A stretch of 64,000 nucleotides of DNA from Adineta vaga (Eukaryota > Animalia > Rotifera). The notes beneath the pieces are model-generated. The model was not told the origin of the DNA. It ran no database searches and saw only the letters and a program-made list of their open reading frames with translations. The position numbers and the translations under genes were made by a program. Positions within the stretch are counted from its first letter, which is position 1; every line of letters starts with the position of its first letter. The DNA lies in NCBI GenBank assembly GCA_021613535.1, contig CP075493.1, positions 2,914,001 through 2,978,000 of the forward strand, given 5' to 3'. Below are positions 16,080-30,088 of this stretch, one piece after another.

Positions 16080-17776
16080 GTTGAGAACACTTTCAGTCTT
16101 CAATATTTATTAGAAACAATTCGCAAAAACAGATTCCCTAATGTAAATTAAAGCTTTTTGAGACATACGTCTGTCTCGATTGCTTGATGGAAACAAGAGA
16201 TGTTTTTCTTAGTGACACTCGAGATATAGAGAGTTGATTTTTTCTTCGAAATAACAATCTGAAATTTGGAATCTCATTTAATTTTACTTGTATTTCACGC
16301 TTAGCATCTACGTCGTAATTATGCATTTATTTTAAATCTAAATCTGAAATTCTGTTATCTAAATGTTAGTGCGACATCTGTGGATGTAACTGGATAATAA
16401 TTTAATAGTTTAAATAAAACTGATTTTTGAATATTTTTCAATACTCAATAATATTTTATGATAAGATTTATTTCGAAAAAAAACATGAAGTTGACCAATG
16501 AAATTTTAAATTTTATCCTCTCTTTGAATTTTCTCTTCTTTACTCTATTTCTATTAATCCGTACGATGACGCATTTGACATCTGTACAGTGCAGTACAAA
16601 TGAGAACGAGAACGAGCAAGTGAAAGAAAGAGAATATTCTTCTCTCGTCGTTTTTCGTTCCCTTAATAGATTTTCATCCTAAATGATTACGTCATTTTTT
16701 ATGAAGATCATATATTTGTTCTGTTCTGTTTTGTAACTTTTAAGTTCATATAATGTACCGATATATTTTTCCTTTTCGAATTCATGACTTTCTAAGCATT
16801 CAGTAAAGAATATTGTTGATGTTTACTCTCAACTATGAAATCGATTTTCTTCTTCATAATCTTGCAAACTAGGTACGTTATATGACATAGAATTCTTACA
16901 AGTAAACCTACAAATAATTTCATTAAATAGCGAAGGATAATGGACAAAATGAAGTTATAGGATATCAAAGATATAAATGATGATGACACTACATCAACTA
17001 GTAAGACGATATATCTCGAGATGTTCATCTGTTCTTGATGTTCGAGTACGTATACATCTATTGTCAGTACTTTCATTGATTTCTATAAGAGATCATATGA
17101 TTGTTTTTCATTTCAATGTCACTTTATGCTTTTTTTTGTCTATAAAAAGAAACTTTAATGAACTATCAAAAATACGCAGTTTGATACATAATTATCTTTT
17201 GAAAATAATCAATTCAATACTAATGTCGCATCTTGTAGTGATCGTTTTTTGCTAAGAGAGAGAAAAATCGAGCAGACGGATGCTTTTTTGTTTCTTTTCA
17301 CAAACACTTACATGTATATATATATATATATATAAGACCTTCTTCATTTCGTTGTTTCATTCTCCTTTTTAAGTAACAATATAGTTATTATATTTTTCTC
17401 TATCTTCCTACGCATAGTAACACATGTGTGCACCATCATTCCGCATACTTTCCTTACTTAACAATTTCATATTTTATTCTCGTCTACATGAACTATAACA
17501 TAGTCTTTTAAGTACTTCGAGAGACTTCATATATTTGAATGTTATTTAATTGAATCAAATATAACTAAAGAAATATTTCTGAGGCTTTTCTCTCTCTCTC
17601 TCAACTATTTACATTAATATTATATTCATCAGACAATGTCGATATGTTCGTTTTTTCTTCGTTTAATGTAAATAAAATATTGCATAAATTAACTTTGCAT
17701 TTCTATAATCTGAAAAGTGCATACTTTAGAGATATTTATATAAAAAAAATTAGACCAAGAAGAAGAAATACGTATA

Positions 17777-19803
17777 ATGTCACGAAAAAATACCATGCGT
17801 GATAATGTCAATGCTATTCGATCTCGATTACCTTATTTATCTGATCTTCCACGTGAAAAAATTGAATTAGCTTTACTTTATCATGAATCAAATGTTGACG
17901 AAACTGTTGCTGCATTTGAACGAAGTAAGTACTGAAAATCGAATCTAGTTATTTTGAAGACTCAAACATCTGATGCATATTTTTTGTTTGTCCGTTCTTT
18001 TAGATGGAGCAGTTGAAGCATTAAGTGGCTGGAATGAAATGAATAATGATCGAAGACATGTAAAAATTGATCTTTTGATTAGTTTTTATCGTTATATATT
18101 CCATGTGTTTTAGATGTCAGGAAAACGAACGAATAATAGACCAAATAAACCATTAACATTGAGTACTACTTCATCACAAATATCTCCGTCCAATGGTATT
18201 TTACGACCATCACAACGTGTTTCAAGTATATTTCAAACATTTGCTGAAGGAGGTGTGCCATCACCCACTACAAGTAATAAATTAAATTTCTAAAAGAAAA
18301 AGTTCTTACTAATTAATTCTTTATATTTAGCAATAAAGACAATAGTTTCAAGTACTTGTTCACCATCATCATTGTCTTCATCTTCATTTCTTGAACAATC
18401 AAATTCATCTGTTAGTCTAGGTATGAATCCGTCATTGTTTTCTTATCAATTAATAAAACTAATTGTCTTCTAGATTCTCCAACAACAGTAACAGTAGATA
18501 CGTCTCAAGATTCACCAAATACTTCGCAACGATAAATGCTATTATACCTGAAGAAACAACAGAAGTACAAAAATCTACCAAATCACAACGTCGAAAAAGT
18601 ATAAAAAATCGTAATAGTTCCACATCATCTATTATTCAGACACATGAAACTTCAAATAACTCACAAACAACGACTACAACTGCGAAAGGTTCCAATTCAA
18701 TAACACTTAGTAACAATAAAAAAAGTAAACATATCCTCATATTGCTTGAAAAAATGTGCATTTTTACAATTATTCTTTATTTTAGTTCTAGCAAAATCAG
18801 TTAAGGATCTTCAACGACAAACATCCACTCTAGCCAATGTAGAATTATTATTTAATAATGAAATCAAAGCATCGTTAAAACGTATTGATGATGTATTCAA
18901 ACAAATTCATGAAATTCTTAAAGAACGTGAAGTTGCACTTTATCTTGAAATGGATAAAGCGAAAGAACAAGGTTTAAATGTTATTCATCGACGACAACAA
19001 CGTGCAATTGAATTACGTCAACGTATTGATCGTTGTGATCGTCTTGAACCATCGGAAATTGATAATCTTCGTCATGATATCAAACAATTTGTTACTGATC
19101 GTCGTTATGATTTAGGTGAAGAATTAACATCCGCACATCGTTTTGATTATGAACAATCATTAGTTGAAGCATTGAAACATTTTGGAACAGTTTTAACTTG
19201 TGATCGAAAACGTTCGATATCGACGACATCTCCATTATTAGAAACAAGCACAACTACAGAAAATTCTATCGTACATACAATATCAGAAAATGTACCAGTA
19301 GCAAATAGTCGAAAACCATCAATATCTCCGTCATCAAATGAAGTTGTTTCAACAAATCAACAACAGCAACCGATGGAACAACGAATTCAACATAAAACGA
19401 ATAAGAATGATAAACGTTCGAATGGTGAAATGATTCAATCTCCTACAAATGAGAATGGTACCGGTGATTATCATCAAAATTATTATTATTCATCACAAAC
19501 AAACGGTTATTCAAATTATTATGATGATTCGTATAACTATCAAAGTAAATCTTAAATAATCAACTATTCATTTATCATAACAATTCATTTTTAGATATGA
19601 ATCGTCGTCGACTTGCACAACAATATCCTTCAAGTGCTTCTCAACGACCACGTCCATTACTTGATTTTCAGAATGGGAATTATCGTCGTACAACACCAAA
19701 ACAGATAAATACTCGTAGTAATATGTATAATAACAGTGAAACAACTACGGCATATCATCGTCCTCGTCCATCGTCTCAATCGATTGTTCCCGTACAAACT
19801 TAA
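17777..19803 (+). CDS. SPATS2/SPATS2L-like protein (DUF1387), multi-exon
   Basis: N-terminal VNAIRS...IELALLYHESNVDETVAAF...GAVEALSGW; core KSVKDLQRQT...EREVALYLEMDKAK...LRHDIKQFVTDRRYD, matching the SPATS2 conserved domain. Confidence 0.85.
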
Positions 19804-20767
19804 AATTCTTGTGTATACAAACTTTTAGAAATGTGTTCGAAACACTTCTTATACATAACGCAGTTTTTAGTATGGGCTGATGTGAACGTCTTTTTGTTTT
19901 CTCTTCGTCCGGCATATTTATTATTCTGTTTTAGTAGTTTGATTACAACAAAAGCCAAAAAAAAGAAACATTTAATTCAATTTATTACAGATAATTGTTG
20001 TATTTGGAAAGAATAATGTTGTCTCTCTTTTCTTTTTGGTTCTGGTGCTGTTTTGTTTTTCTTAAGTGAAAGAATGGTTACACAGCTCAAATTCTTTGTT
20101 TTTAATTCCTTGGGAAATTTTCTTTCATTGTTTTTCTTTCGTCTCTTTTTTCTCAATTGTTAAATTACAGAAACAAAAAATCATTTTTATTATGTATCAT
20201 ATTAAAATATATTCGATGCTATATCATACTTAACATATCGTAAGAATTAATTAAACCATGAAGAAACTTTTCTGATACGAGAAAAATCGATCGATTTCTT
20301 CACCCAAATTATCTATCTTTAGATGTCGCTAAATCCTTTTTTTATACATATATATATACTATACTATCCATATAAATCCACTATTTGCCCTTGACATGTA
20401 TGTCAATCAATCAATCAATCAATAGAAATGCAGCGCAATCTTCACTCGTACTCTCGCCATATGCGATATATCAATCGAAGAAAGGAACCTCACTATGCAT
20501 AATAGGAGTATCTGAAGAAATAAATGAATGAACGAACGAACAAACGCGACGGCGCGACCTCTCAGAAGGTCAATATACATACGTATATATAGATGCATAT
20601 ACTTATATGCATTGCCTTGCCTTATCTTTACATATTAACAAAGAGGCCAAACTGTTTCGTTCACAATATCCTGTCCCGACGTCGAGACATTTACTAATTT
20701 AATTCAAATTTTCATTTCTTTTTCTATATTTTAGATAATTCTCTTTTTCTTCTTCACATTTTCGGCC

Positions 20768-22280
20768 ATGATAGACGGTGTGTGTCTTAGTCAAGCATCT
20801 ACTCGTACTCGCAATCCACTCTACCGATATCGATTCCATGTAAGTAATCATATCAATAAGAATTATCAAGTCGTATCAATCCAGTATAATCTTTATTTTC
20901 TTTCTCGTCTAGTTTATTCTAATTAATATCTAAGTAATCTCGTTTTCTCCTTTCCCTTGATGTGTAAATTTCAGCATGATCGATTCGATGTTTATATAAT
21001 ACTTAGATATATGTTTTGATTTAGAATTCATCCAGTATTGTATCTTCTTTTACTCTGACACCATCGTTAACAGACGGAATGATTCAATCAACTGCACCGA
21101 ATGAATTCAGTCATCTTTGTGCCACCGTATCATTTGATTCAATCTATAATTTAACCGAAGATCTTTGTCGGTAAGAAAATTCTTTATTGAAATGAAGACT
21201 ATATATATATACTGAAAATTCTCTTTTATTTAGAGGCCGTTTTTCATCCGTAAAAAAATGTGTGAAAAAAGATTCATCCGATCAAATCTATGCTGCAAAA
21301 ATAATCAAAAAACGAAATATACAACATGCCTTAAATGAATTACGTATCTTTCAATTATCACATAAGCATCCAAATTTTGTAAGACTATATCAAGTATTTG
21401 ATTTACCAACTGAAGCAATTATGATTCTTGAATAGTATGTTTAGAAACGAGATTATTTCATTAAATATTTGTTTTGGGGAATGTATTCTAGTGCAAAACA
21501 AGGTGATTTACAATTAGCTTTGGAATTAGAAGGTTGTCTCGAAGAATTACAAGCTATACATGTGACAAAACAAGTTTTAGAAGCAATTGCATTTCTTCAT
21601 GAGAATAATGTTGTTCATCTTGATATTAAGGTTTGATTTTTTTCTATAACAAACATTGATTGTTTAGAAATCGAAGTATTTCTAGCCGCAAAATATTCTT
21701 CTAATGGAAAAATGGCCAAGTACACAAATAAAACTTTGTGATTTTGGTCTTTCACGTGTTTTAACTAATCAACGTTTATTAGAAATGTCAGGCACAACAG
21801 ATTTTCTTGGTAAAATAGTTACTTTTATAATTGATTTTCTACTTTATTATTGAATCTAGCACCTGAAGTTGTCAATTATGAACCATTAACATGTGCTACT
21901 GATATGTGGAATATTGGTGTTTTAATCTATGTACTTGTCACAGGTCATACACCATTTGGTGGTACAACAAAATTAGATACTCAAAGTAATATTACACATT
22001 GTGTACTCGATTTTCCGAAAGATTTATTTGAAAAAATCTCGAAAAATTGTATGGATTTAATTGAAAAATTAATCGTTCGAATACCAAAGTAAATAGAAAA
22101 TAAAAATTGACTAAGGACAATTTCTCTTATCTAAATAGACATCGTGCTACTGTACATGAATCACTTAAACATCCATGGTTATGTTTTAATGAAGATATGA
22201 CATTAACAAATTCACTTGACGATGATAATGAAGAAGAAGATGATGATCAAACACCATTACCAATAAATCTATCAAAATAG
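20768..22280 (+). CDS. DAPK-family Ser/Thr kinase, DRAK/STK17-like, multi-exon
   Basis: RGRFSSVKKC...YAAKII, HLDIK|PQNILL, IKLCDFGLSR, GTTDFLAPEVVNYEPLTCATDMW, LKHPWL; TAG at 22278-22280. First exon less certain. Confidence 0.88.
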
Positions 22281-23181
22281 TTTCTTTTCTTTTTCCTTTA
22301 CAGTATTGAATGATCCATCTTGTGTGTGATAAGTTGCAGTGCAGTGTTAACGTTCTTCCTTTTATATATATACATTCTTGTAATTTTTTCTTCTTAACCT
22401 TCGATCTCAGATATATATATATATACATAATTCTCAATCTTTATGACAAATACCTGATAAAATAGTCGTTTTTTCTTTCTCTGTCTCAGGCATCAGTAAA
22501 ACGATCTATTTTTCTTTTCTTTTCCTTTTTTGCTGTTATTGTTAAACATCTATGTATTAGTTGAGTGAAAGTCGATTTAGATGGAATGATATGACTTTAG
22601 AACAAAAAAAAATATAAATAAAAGAATCGTTATTTCAAAATTTGACTTATGAATCATGACATGATTGTTTGATTAGGTAATATATATAAATATATATATC
22701 AAATGAATACTTGATTACAATTGACTATCAATAATTGTCACGCGTGAATGACAGACAGTATGTAAATGAAAAAATAACATACTTTTGTTGTCAGTTGTTG
22801 AATGGTATATATGTATATGATGAACAATTCTACAGATGTCGTACATGTACATATGAATTTGACTTTTTTTCAAGGTATTTGTATAACTTTATTATGTATG
22901 AGAGTTTGAAATAAAAAACGAAATTTATTTTTCTTCAAAATATGTGATTCAAGTATGATAAAATTTCATTTCGATTGAATTATTTTGATTCGTAGATTAT
23001 ATTCTCTCAACATACACACACACACAGAGGGATATAGAGATAGTATCGTTTAGTGAGAGCTTAGCTTTACTTAAGGAAGAGAAGGAGACGACAATGATTT
23101 ATTGTCTTTTTAGTCTTAGTCTATGTATGATCTTGTCTTTTGTTTAGATTGTCTTAGATTTAAGCAACAAAAAAAAGTATC

Positions 23182-23539
23182 ATGGAACAAGGTTCGTCAA
23201 ACAATCTCGATATAGTTTCAATGGTCATTTGGCTATCAACTGGCAATGGAAAATTCTTTGAATTAGTAAAGTTAATCATATTGATTTCGATTCGAATTCT
23301 AATTAATTCTTTGCCTTCAGCATGGTTCTCGTGATATAATTAAACAAGTATTACCTCAATCATCAGAAACTGCTTTTCGTTGGGGTTATTATAATTCACC
23401 AGCTGATCCTGATCGTCAATCATATACTCAAGCACTTGAAGCTTTTCTTAAAGCTGGTTTTAAGATTGAAGGTTCATCTGGTGCTGGTACACAAGGTCTT
23501 CTTCGTGCACAATATATTCTTGTGAAACGTAGTTCATAG
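23182..23539 (+). CDS. Two-exon 100-aa protein resembling the KCTD1/KCTD15 C-terminal (GFRP-like) domain without a BTB domain
   Basis: Exon 1 is 23182-23265, GT..AG intron, exon 2 is 23321-23539. Protein: MEQGSSNNLDIVSMVIWLSTGNGKFFELHGSRDIIKQVLPQSSETAFRWGYYNSPADPDRQSYTQALEAFLKAGFKIEGSSGAGTQGLLRAQYILVKRSS*. An in-frame TAA lies upstream at 23161-23163. Confidence 0.75.
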
Positions 23540-24473
23540 ATATTCTTTTCTCAGGAAACTATATGTGTTACATGTCGTTTGTTTTTATTCATTTAACCAT
23601 ATTCTTGTTTGTCATGATTTGTACTTCTAGTCTTCTGATATTTTCTTGTTGCAGGTATTTGGATATCTTTACAGTGTTTTCTTTTAGTCTCATTTTCAAA
23701 AGTTGAGATTGATTTTAGTTCGTAGAAAGAAACATGTTGGTTATGGTCTTTTTTGTTGTTTTTCAGATATCATTCAGACACGGCATGTCTTCATTGATTA
23801 TCTTCTCAATGATATAAAACAAACAAACGAACCATTTCCTCTATTTTAGATCAGATATTAATATTGAGAATTATTTGAAATATGAGAATGGATATTCGAC
23901 CTATAAAAAGCCAGTTATTGACACTAATGCCAACATTCCATGAGTATGTATCTACTTTACTTCTTCCTCTTTTCACACACCATTGTTAAACAATATGTGT
24001 CGAACAGTTGCACTGATGTCTTGATTCCTTTTCTCTCTTTTTTTTTCGTATTACTGTTTTAGTTCGAAAGGACAAGAAAGTGCACATGCGAAACGTTTCA
24101 ACAACGTAAAAAAAGAAAGAAAGAAACGAGAACGAAAGCGAGAGAGAGAGAGAGAGAGAAGGCGAGCAAGGGGTAGAATACTTCATCGTTTTTTTTTCTG
24201 CTTGCAAACAACGCGTCGCGTCCTACCAATTTATAGCATTTCAAAGATGTCTTTTGTTAATTAAAAAAATGCGAATCAGTGAACAACTTATTCGATTATA
24301 CTTGAGATATTAAACTGCTGACATTTATTCATTTCTCTTTCTTTCTTTTTTTTTATCTCATATAGTGATTATTCGAAGTATGCCAAATCAACAAGAACAA
24401 AATCATGTAATATGATAATTATTTTCGTATAATATTTCTCAAGCCAAAGTCAACATATAACCAAAATACTACG

Positions 24474-26599
24474 ATGGATCATTCCGAACTTATTCAAGAA
24501 ATGGTGCTGCTAGAAAAAATGACGGCACAAGAACGGCTCAAACATGCACGACGAAGACGACAACAACAATTAAAAAATTGGATGCAACGAGAAGGATTAA
24601 CAAGTAATGGTACTAGTGTATCGAATGGTCTTACAACGAAATCATCAAAATCCTCAGCAAAATTAAAAAAACCATCTGTTATATTTCCTGAAAATGTTGT
24701 TCTATTAGAAGGTACAAGAAAACATCAATTTCGCTTCTCATTCATATAAAATTCGATTTTTGTGTCTCTAGCAACAGCACGACAAGATATTGAGGAAGTT
24801 CGTAATCTTCTTCAATCGGGAAAATACAGTCCAAATACAGCAAATGAAGATGGCCTAACACCAATTCATCAGTGTTCAATTGATAATAGTGAAAAATTAT
24901 TGAGATTACTGATTGAATACGGTGGTGATATCAATGCAAAAGATCGTGATCTATGGACTCCTCTACATGCTGCAGGTATTTATCATCTAAACATTTTTTT
25001 TTCATTTAGTTAGTTTCAAAAAAGAATATTGATAATGTACTGTTCGTATTGCATACAAAGTTACTTTTATCAATATACAATCGTATGCAAAATTTATACG
25101 AAATGACTTATGTGTATAGAATTTATTACTATATTTTATTGAATGAATCATATCTTTGAACTTTTGCTTGTTTACTTTTAGCAACTTGTGGTCATCTACA
25201 AATTTGTCGAGTGTTAATAGAAAATGGTGCTGAATTATTAGCTTTAAATGCAGATGGTAATATGCCATATGATATATGTGATGATGACATAACTCTTGAT
25301 TATATTGAAACACAAATGGATCGAATTGGTATCACACAAGAAATGATTGATAAAACTCGAGCAAAAGTTGAAAATCAAATGTTAATTGATTTACAAAATC
25401 TTGTTAAAAGAAAGTCACATGGATCGTTACGATCGATTGATGATATACTTTCATATCGAAATGCTGAAGGTGTCACACCATTACATATTGCTAGTGCAAA
25501 TGGTTATCAAACAGTAGTAGAATATCTTTTAAAACAGCATGTATCGATTAATCTTCAAGATGGTGATGGATGGACACCTACTCATGCCGCTGCATTTTGG
25601 TGTCAACAACCAATTCTAAGTAAATAATTAAAATAAAAGTTCAATCTTTTATTTTTTTTTGTTTTAATAGCGGAATTGATTAAAGCTGGGGCAGATATTT
25701 ATGAGAAGATTCCTGATGGTCGTTCTGCTGCTGATCTATGTGATGATCCTGATTTACGTTCGTATATGATCGAATTTTATGAACAAAATATTCGTAATCA
25801 AGAAAAAGCTGCAGCCGCCGCCGCTGCAGCAGCTGCACAATTACAACAAAAACTAAATAATCGTACACACCTCAATACTAATTCTTTACCTAATGGAACA
25901 ACATCACGTACAGGTACATTATATGAATCTCGTTCAAGTGTTTCTTCTCCATATGGAAGTGGTTCATCATTAAATCGAACAAGTTCAATACGTCGTGCAT
26001 CGATTCGTGATCGTGAAAAAGTTAAAAAATTAAATGAAAATTTCTTCGAAGTTTTACAAGCAAAAGATAAAATTCAAGAAGATGTTGATGAAGGTTTAAC
26101 AAATGGAACTCTAAGTAATGGAACATTAACACCTCATACAACACCAAAAATATCTAATAGAGAAGAACAAGCTCATAGTATAACAACAACAACAGCAACA
26201 GATTCAACTGTACGTGAACCAATAACAGTAATTCCTTCAAAAAAATCACTGGCACCAGTTATAGAAACAAGTCTTCCTCCATTAAAAGCACCACCACCTC
26301 CACATACTCAAAGTACGGCTGATACATTAAGTGATGTCAAACGACGACGTGAAGAACGACGTCGTGGATTAAATGGTATCTCATACAATGATCCTTCTAC
26401 GATTACTTCTCCGCCACTTTCATCTCCATTAAATGATTCTAATCATAAAAATAATAATAATCATACGAAAATATCAAATGGTATTCATAGTTCAACAACT
26501 TATGATATAAAAGACAGATATGCTTCACCAAAACAAGTTGAACTTCATCATATAGCAGATGATGATCGAGAAAAACGCATTTGTTGTACTATTTTGTGA
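24474..26599 (+). CDS. PPP1R16: Protein phosphatase 1 regulatory subunit 16 (MYPT3/TIMAP)-like ankyrin protein, 4 exons
   Basis: MDHSELIQEM...QERLKHARRRRQQQLKNW, RVxF-like KKPSVIF, ankyrin repeats NEDGLTPIHQC / DRDLWTPLHAA / GNMPYDIC / GWTPTHAAAFW, C-terminal CAAX CCTIL. Confidence 0.92.
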
Positions 26600-27195
26600 T
26601 TTCTTCTGATACTCTTTATCTGTCTATCCGTCCAATAAATACTACCACTGCTCCTCTTTGTCTTCCATTTTCATATAGCAATATTTGATAGATATGATGG
26701 CGCTATTCTCTACTATCTTCTTCCATCGAAATAAAGGTCTCTCTTTACATATCCTCTCATTTGTTTTGTTTTGTTTTTGTTTTTCATATAACTTTTTCTC
26801 ATGTCATTTTGTGAAAAACTCCGTTTTTAAGCTCAGCTCTGTGCATATCTTTACGTTTTCATATAATAACAACATTCCTTTCATCTTCCTTTTGTTAATG
26901 TGTTTGTTTTGGCTCGTTTTCTTTCTTTCTTTCTTTCTTTCTTTCCTTCCTTCTAGAATATATCCAATACTACTGATCTTTGCAACCGTGCTTTTTTTTG
27001 TTTTCTTTCATGGGTCCTGCCCTAGTTATTGACGTACAGTCTAATATGTAAAGAAACAATGAATAAGAGAGAGACAGACAAAAAATGAGAAGACAATTAT
27101 TGCATTTTTTTTTGCGTAAATACAACAACAATTAGACGATGTCTGCATATATCAAATTAAGTTCTTTTCTTTCGACATCCCATTTGTTTATACTA

Positions 27196-28858
27196 TTATT
27201 TCGGTTGTAATATTGCTTTAAACTCTTCATATGACACTTTTCCATCATGATCAAGGCAATCAGCTTCACCAATCATTTCTATCACGTCATCCTAAAAATT
27301 TAAGCAATCAAATCAAAAAAGAAAAAAGATTATATAATATATTTTACTTCAGTAATATGTTCACCGAGTCTTACAAGCATATCATAAAGTTCATTTTTAT
27401 CAATAAAACCATCTTTATTCTTATCAAAAACCTATATAAAATAAAATAAAATAAAATAAAATAAAAGAATAATAAATCAATAGAAATAATCATTTACATT
27501 GAACACTTTTTCCAGTTCCATACCACTACCACCGGTTGATTTACGTCTTTGCATCATTATAAGAAATTCATCAAAATCCACGCTTCCATCACCTAAATGA
27601 TAAATTTAACGAACAATCTTATCAATGAAATTTAGTGCACAATTGAAAAGAACTTTACCATCAATATCTACTTTTGATATCACAGATGAAATGTCTTCAT
27701 GACTAGGTGAATATCCCAGTGAATTCATTAATGAATGAATTTCTGAATTCGATATACTTCCATCTCCATCTCTGTCAAGTAAAGAGAATGATTCTTCGAA
27801 TACTAAATACAAATAGTAAGAACACTGAGAATCAATAATGAATCTTCCTACCAGCAATTTGATCTTCAGAAAATCCATGTGCTTCACTCAATTCTCGTCG
27901 ACTTTTACCAGTAGTTGTCTAAAGAAGAAAAATTGAAACAATTGATTTCTTTTTTCTTCTTCTTCTTCTTCTTCTTCTTCTAAACCTACAATTAAAACAT
28001 AAGTTGTCGTACTAGTAACGGTATGTTTGTACGTTATCGTATTTTCACAATGCATCGACGAGGCTGTTATCAATCTATCAGAATTATTCGAATTTACATA
28101 TAAACTATTTTCTCCTGTTGATATTGATGTTCTGTACATACATGTACTTGTCTTAACAAGGGCAGATTGCAGACGTAGTAGAAGAGAAAAAGTACATCGA
28201 GATGGTTATTTACATAGAAGAGACCATCATTAACTGTGATAGCCAAATGTAATATCTCTGTTTTCGATTCTCTAATGTCTTCTTCGTGTGTGTGTCTGTG
28301 TGTGATGACAACACAATGTAGCGAGAAAATATTAATCTAATTCTGAAGTCTTTCCTTAACCTTTGTTTGTTATTTATGTATTTATTGAGACAGAAACTAA
28401 ATTAAGTTTGTTCGTTTAATTAAACATTTCTGTTAAGATTATTAAATGATAAAACATCAGTTAATTTATTAGTTGAGATGAAAAATTAACTAACTTAGTA
28501 CACTCGAAGTTAATTCGATGATACATCGCAATAAGAGAGTATCTTGACCTTAATAGCTAGCATATGTAGACGATAACAAGTCATCATCAATCTTATTTGT
28601 CATTTATGTCGTTCTTTTACGAATTTTTCATCCTAATCTCTCCGATAAGAAAGTTATTTTAAATAGGAAAAGCAGAAGTAACTTAACTTACAATCATCCA
28701 ATCATCAAGAATTTGAAGATTAGGTGTTAATTGATAAGGATCTTCAATCAATGGTCGACGTCGTGGACATTCAAGTGTACATGATTCGGAATGTTGATGT
28801 ACTCGATTTTCTTTCGTAGGTGTTTCAAATGATGTTCGATCATTTTCTTGTGAACATA

Positions 28859-28897
<39 letters not shown>

Positions 28898-29045
28898 GTG
28901 AACCTAATGTAAATGTTACTGTACGTGACGATCTTGTCGGAAGATTTTCATCATTAATTGCAAGATCCAATCCTTCTCTTGTCATATCTGGATTAAATGT
29001 GCACATACTAAATAAGATGAGTTTGTCATAATGACAAATGCTCAT
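27196..29045 (-). CDS. Calmodulin-like four-EF-hand protein with N-terminal extension, copy 1 (two alternative first exons)
   Basis: FSEDQIA|VFEESFSLLDRDGDGSISNSE...DIDG|DGSVDFDEFLIMM...FDKNKDGFIDKNEL...EADCLDHDGKVSYEEFKAILQPK*. First exons starting at 29045 and 28139 both end in phase 0. Confidence 0.88.
28861..28896. repeat. (GAT)12 microsatellite encoding poly-Ser on the minus strand
   Basis: Pure gatgatgat run; shorter and interrupted in copy 2 (~37983-38005). Confidence 0.9.
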
Positions 29046-29419
29046 TGACTGACAATCTGAGTTTATTTGATAAGGAGAATTTCAAAATATGATAATATTG
29101 TTAACAAGAAAGACGTTAATCGAGATATTGACAATAGTCCAAATGGGTGAACTGGCGTTGTTGCTTTCTTTTATTGATTTACAGCTAAAGTATGAGTCGA
29201 CATCGAGATAGGGTAGTGAAATAAAGAATAGTATCTAAGAGAAAGAAATGTCGAAGATTTGTTCTGTCGTCTGTATTTTTGTCAATGATCTGCAAAAGAA
29301 ATTAGCTTTGTTATTGGTGCTTTTGTTTCCTTCTGATTCTCTTCGATTGCCATTAGATCTAATGGTAAGCACAAAACAATTGCTTCACAATATATGACTG
29401 TTTTGAGGATGTGAGTTAA

Positions 29420-30088
29420 CAAGAGAACGACTCCTGCACCCACCCGAAGTCAAAACATATGGTGCGAGACAAAATCCAGTCCATTGTACCATACTGGCAG
29501 TAGCAATAAATTTCGTTTTATATTGTCGATATTTTTCCAATGGTTTCCTGACGCAATCTTCCACAATGAAATCTTCGACCCATTGTGGTGTATGACAAAG
29601 AAACGCATCTTTTGGTGGATTCACTAGACCTTGTATCCCAATCTATTTGATTATATTCACCGATGTTGATAATAGAAGCGAACATACTGTTGAAATCAAC
29701 GTTATTCTAGGTCGCGATATCGATACATACATTGCCATGAAGATTCTCAATTTTATCGTGCATCACTTTTATATACTCTTCGTCAGAAGCGATACAACCA
29801 ACTATTTCATGAATAATAGCGCTTGGTCGAGGATCTTGTGCATACCAATCGATATCACTCGAATAGCAATCACGTAAAGAAATCTATCCTTTCTCATCAT
29901 CAGGTAATTGTTCTTGAAGATTTTTTGCAAATCGATGTTTTGTAACTCCATGTTGAATCAATAAACGAGTCAATGGCATTTATGCACCAGTACCTTTGTC
30001 TAACCAATAGAAAATACATACTAATACATATAAAAGTGAGAGTAGAAGAATAATAGAGCAGCACCCAATTGGAATGGACGTACTCATT
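29420..30088 (-). pseudogene. Degraded coding fragment of unknown family abutting the end of duplication unit A
   Basis: Spliceable frame MPLTRLLIQHG...LPDDEKG*ISLRDCYSSDIDWYAQDPRP...LHGN|IGIQGLVNPPKDAFLCHTPQWVEDF...SMVQWTGFCLAP, with an in-frame TAG. Confidence 0.35.

Larger units (their letters stand above)
27084..29404. repeat. Segmental duplication unit A (direct repeat of 36240-38512)
   Basis: Near-identical sequence from aatgagaagacaattattgc to cttcacaata(t/c)atgactgtttt, introns included. Confidence 0.95.

Noticed and set aside
26685-27032. Hydrophobic Phe-rich ORFs here and at 11297, 16458, 56277, 58213 and 62495-63072
   Set aside because: Translations of T-rich UTR, intronic or microsatellite sequence; no coding signal.
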